Shown here in pieces: positions 61,366-64,000 of a stretch of DNA of 64,000 nucleotides. The stretch comes from Squalus acanthias (taxonomy: Eukaryota): the NCBI GenBank assembly GCA_030390025.1, contig JASTWF010000036.1:3660001-3724000 (forward strand), read 5' to 3'. How positions within the stretch are numbered: the first letter of the stretch is position 1; every line of letters starts with the position of its first letter. The notes beneath the pieces were generated by a model that was given only the letters and a program-made list of their open reading frames with translations, searched no databases and was not told where the DNA came from. The translations under genes were made by a program, and so were the position numbers.

Positions 61366-62194
61366 GTGAGTGATGACTCTTGTGGTCGAGCAGCACAAAC
61401 AAGAGCGCTCAAGGAGAAAGGAAAGTATTGAAGCAGCGGGAGGGGGGAAAATCCTTTCCAGAGAGTTTACAAGCAAGGAAGAAGTTAAGACTGAGCGGCA
61501 GTGTGTGCAATACTCCCTTTGGATCACAGCTATACTGACACCTGACACATAATGCGTGCCTTGCTGTCTTCATTTTCTTGGAGTAGCAGTCACGTGTAGC
61601 GAGGTGGGTACCTAGCCACATTTCCGCAGCCTTCAAAACCATCAACAGCAAGGACGCAGCGCTGCATGAATATGTAGGTACCATCCAGTGTCAACAGTGA
61701 GATCTTGTCCGTGTTGTGAAATTGCTTTGATGAACAGACCTTTTATTTTCTAATTGTGCTGACGGGCGGACTACGCCCATTTCAATTATAAAGGCTCGGA
61801 TAGTGGACTGAAATCACACTAAGCAGGATTTCGACATACCATGCATGTCTTTGCAAGTCTTACAAGTTCTGTTTGCACCACCTCTTACACATTAAACATG
61901 TCGGTGTACAAGATGAACTGGAGATCCCACATACTTTGCAGCTTGCAGCTCTGCAGGATTCCAATGGCCACTTCCACATCTTGTTGATACGACAGAACTT
62001 ATTTTGTCCCTGAAGTAGGAGTTAGGAGATCACATTGCACATTATCTGTGGCCTTCATTTCTTTTGAGTTCTGCAAGGGTGGTCGCACATGTCTTTTCCA
62101 CAAGCACAGTTGAATGCTCATGATGTGAGTGCTCGTTTTGTGTGTGCTCATGTTGGCTTTAAGTGGCGAAACTAAGGTGAAGAGCCAAGTCCTA

Positions 62195-62738
62195 TAAAGA
62201 AAGAACTTACATTTCTATAGCGCCTTTCATAACATCTCAAAGCACTTCACAGCCAATGAAGTGCTTTTTTGAAGTGTGGTCACTGTTGTAATGTAGGAAA
62301 CGCGGCAGCCAATTTGTGCACAGCAAGCTCCCACAAACAGCAATGAGATAATGATCAGATAACAACAGAAAACGCTGGAAAAACTCAGCAGGCCAGGCAG
62401 CATCCGTGGAGAGAGAAAGAGAGTTAACGTTTCAGGTCGATGACCTTGATCAGATAATCTGTTTTAATATGTTGATTTTGAGATAAATATTGGCCACGAC
62501 ACCGGGGAGAACTTCCGCTGTTCTTCTTTGAAATAGTGCCATGGGATCTTTAGCGTCCACCTCAGAGGACAGACGGGGCCTCGGTTTAACGTTTCATCCG
62601 AAAGACTGCACCTCCGACAGTGCAGCACTGGGAGTGTCCGCCTGGATTTTCGTGTTCGAGTCTCTGGAGTGGGACTGTGAACCCACAACCTTCTGACTCA
62701 GAGGCGACAGTGCTACCCACTGAGCCACGGCTGACACT
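62195..62738 (-). mobile_element. Deu-SINE with a Penelope pLTR fragment inserted at 62363-62446
   Basis: TSD tgatcagataa at 62352-62362 and 62447-62457. Confidence 0.85.
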
Positions 62739-63104
62739 TGTAGTGGAGGCCCCAGCAAGGTTGAGAGGAGTAGGGGTGGAGATGAGTGAAATCAGGAAGT
62801 AGTGATTAGCTGACGTCAAGCTTGGGATTCAAAACCCTGTGGATTGTAGGAGGATGGGAGGTCTGAAGGAAATGAGACACCATACAAGTATCTAAATGGC
62901 CTAGTTGTGGGAGTAGGTTTTGTTGACGGCAATTAGCTTCTGACTGCATGTCTCAATTGGCTACTGGCTGGAAGTTAAGACACTGATTTACAGGAATTGT
63001 CTTCAGGTTCGAGTCATTTCTAGTCCATGACCTAATATCACCAAGACAGTTTCCAAAGAGCTTCAACCCGACAGCTCAAATGATCGCCCTTGCTGAATTG
63101 TCTT

Positions 63105-63347
63105 CCAACAACAACGTGCATTTATATAGCACCTTTAACACAGTAAAACGTCCCAGGGCGCTTCACAGGAGCGATTATCAGACAAAATTTGACACCGAGC
63201 CACATAAGGAGATATTAGTGCAGATGACCAAAAGCTGGGTCAAGGTGGTAGGTTATAGAAGCATCTTAAAAGAGGAGAGAGAGGTAGAGAGGCGGAGACG
63301 CATAGGGAGGGAATTCCAGAGCTTAGGGCCACAGCATCTGAAGGCAT
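63105..63347 (-). mobile_element. L2 3' fragment
   Basis: Same family as 20345. Confidence 0.85.
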
Positions 63348-63552
63348 AATGGCAGAACACGCACTGAGAGAAGTATGGAAACTCGCGAGCTGTTCTGGTA
63401 TCTTACTAGATAGTTAAAAAGAAAATACACGGTAAGTAAACATAACCTGTTCGAGGTTGGCACGCCTTATTAACCCACGTGTGCCACCACATCAACGGGC
63501 CTCTTTTGGCCACGTCCTCCGATATACCCCTGCCTGTACTGTATTTCGTACA

Positions 63553-64000
63553 GTAATCCCCAGCCCGCACTCACTCACTATGTTGGGTGGGTAGTGTAAT
63601 CTCCAGCCCGCACTCACTCACTGTGTTGGGTGGGTAGTGTAATCTCCAGCCCGCACTCACTCACTGTGTTGGGTGGGTAGTGTAATCTCCAGCCCGCACT
63701 CACTCACTGTGTTGGGTGGGTAGTGTAATCTCCAGCCTGCACTCACTCACTGTGTTGGGTGGGTAGTGTAATCTCCAGCCTGCACTCACTCACTGTGTTG
63801 GGTGGGTAGTGTAATCTCCAGCCCGCACTCACTCACTGTGTTGGGTGGGTAGTGTAATCTCCAGCCCTCACTCACTCACTGTGTTGGGTGGGTAGTGTAA
63901 TCTCCAGCCCGCTCTCACTCACTGTGTTGGGTGGGTAGTGTAATCTCCAGCCCTCACTCACTCACTGTGCTGGGTGGGTAGTGTAATCTCCAGCCCTCAC
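63553..64000. repeat. 43-bp minisatellite, at least 10 copies, running off the window end
   Basis: Unit ctccagcccgcactcactcactgtgttgggtgggtagtgtaat. Confidence 0.95.

Noticed and set aside
48156..64000. Tandem arrays as CRISPR-like loci
   Set aside because: Head-to-tail units without unique spacers, no cas genes, vertebrate DNA.

Overview
Eukaryotic, repeat-dense DNA, almost certainly from a cartilaginous fish: a shark-type HE1 V-SINE, many SacSINE1/AmnSINE1-like Deu-SINEs, and CR1 and L2 LINEs occur together. The only confidently recognisable host coding sequence is a 66-nt tetraspanin first coding exon on the minus strand (46444-46379, MAVEGGMKCVKYLMFIFNFLFW, CD63-like). I found no further tetraspanin exon by eye, so most of the window is probably a very large intron plus upstream region. 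That region contains two near-full-length decayed CR1 elements, a decayed two-gene Harbinger transposon, Penelope-like elements carrying minimal hammerhead ribozymes (one pair shows covariation), a young, highly structured MITE, multi-layer nested insertions and three minisatellites, two of them grown out of retroelements. It also holds an intronic CpG-rich promoter-like region that could splice in frame to a cryptic exon. Nearly all ORFs in the supplied track are repeat-derived or spurious. I see no wholly new system that can be claimed from sequence alone; the best leads are listed as findings. Repeat boundaries are by eye and approximate, and family names are from recall rather than database searches.
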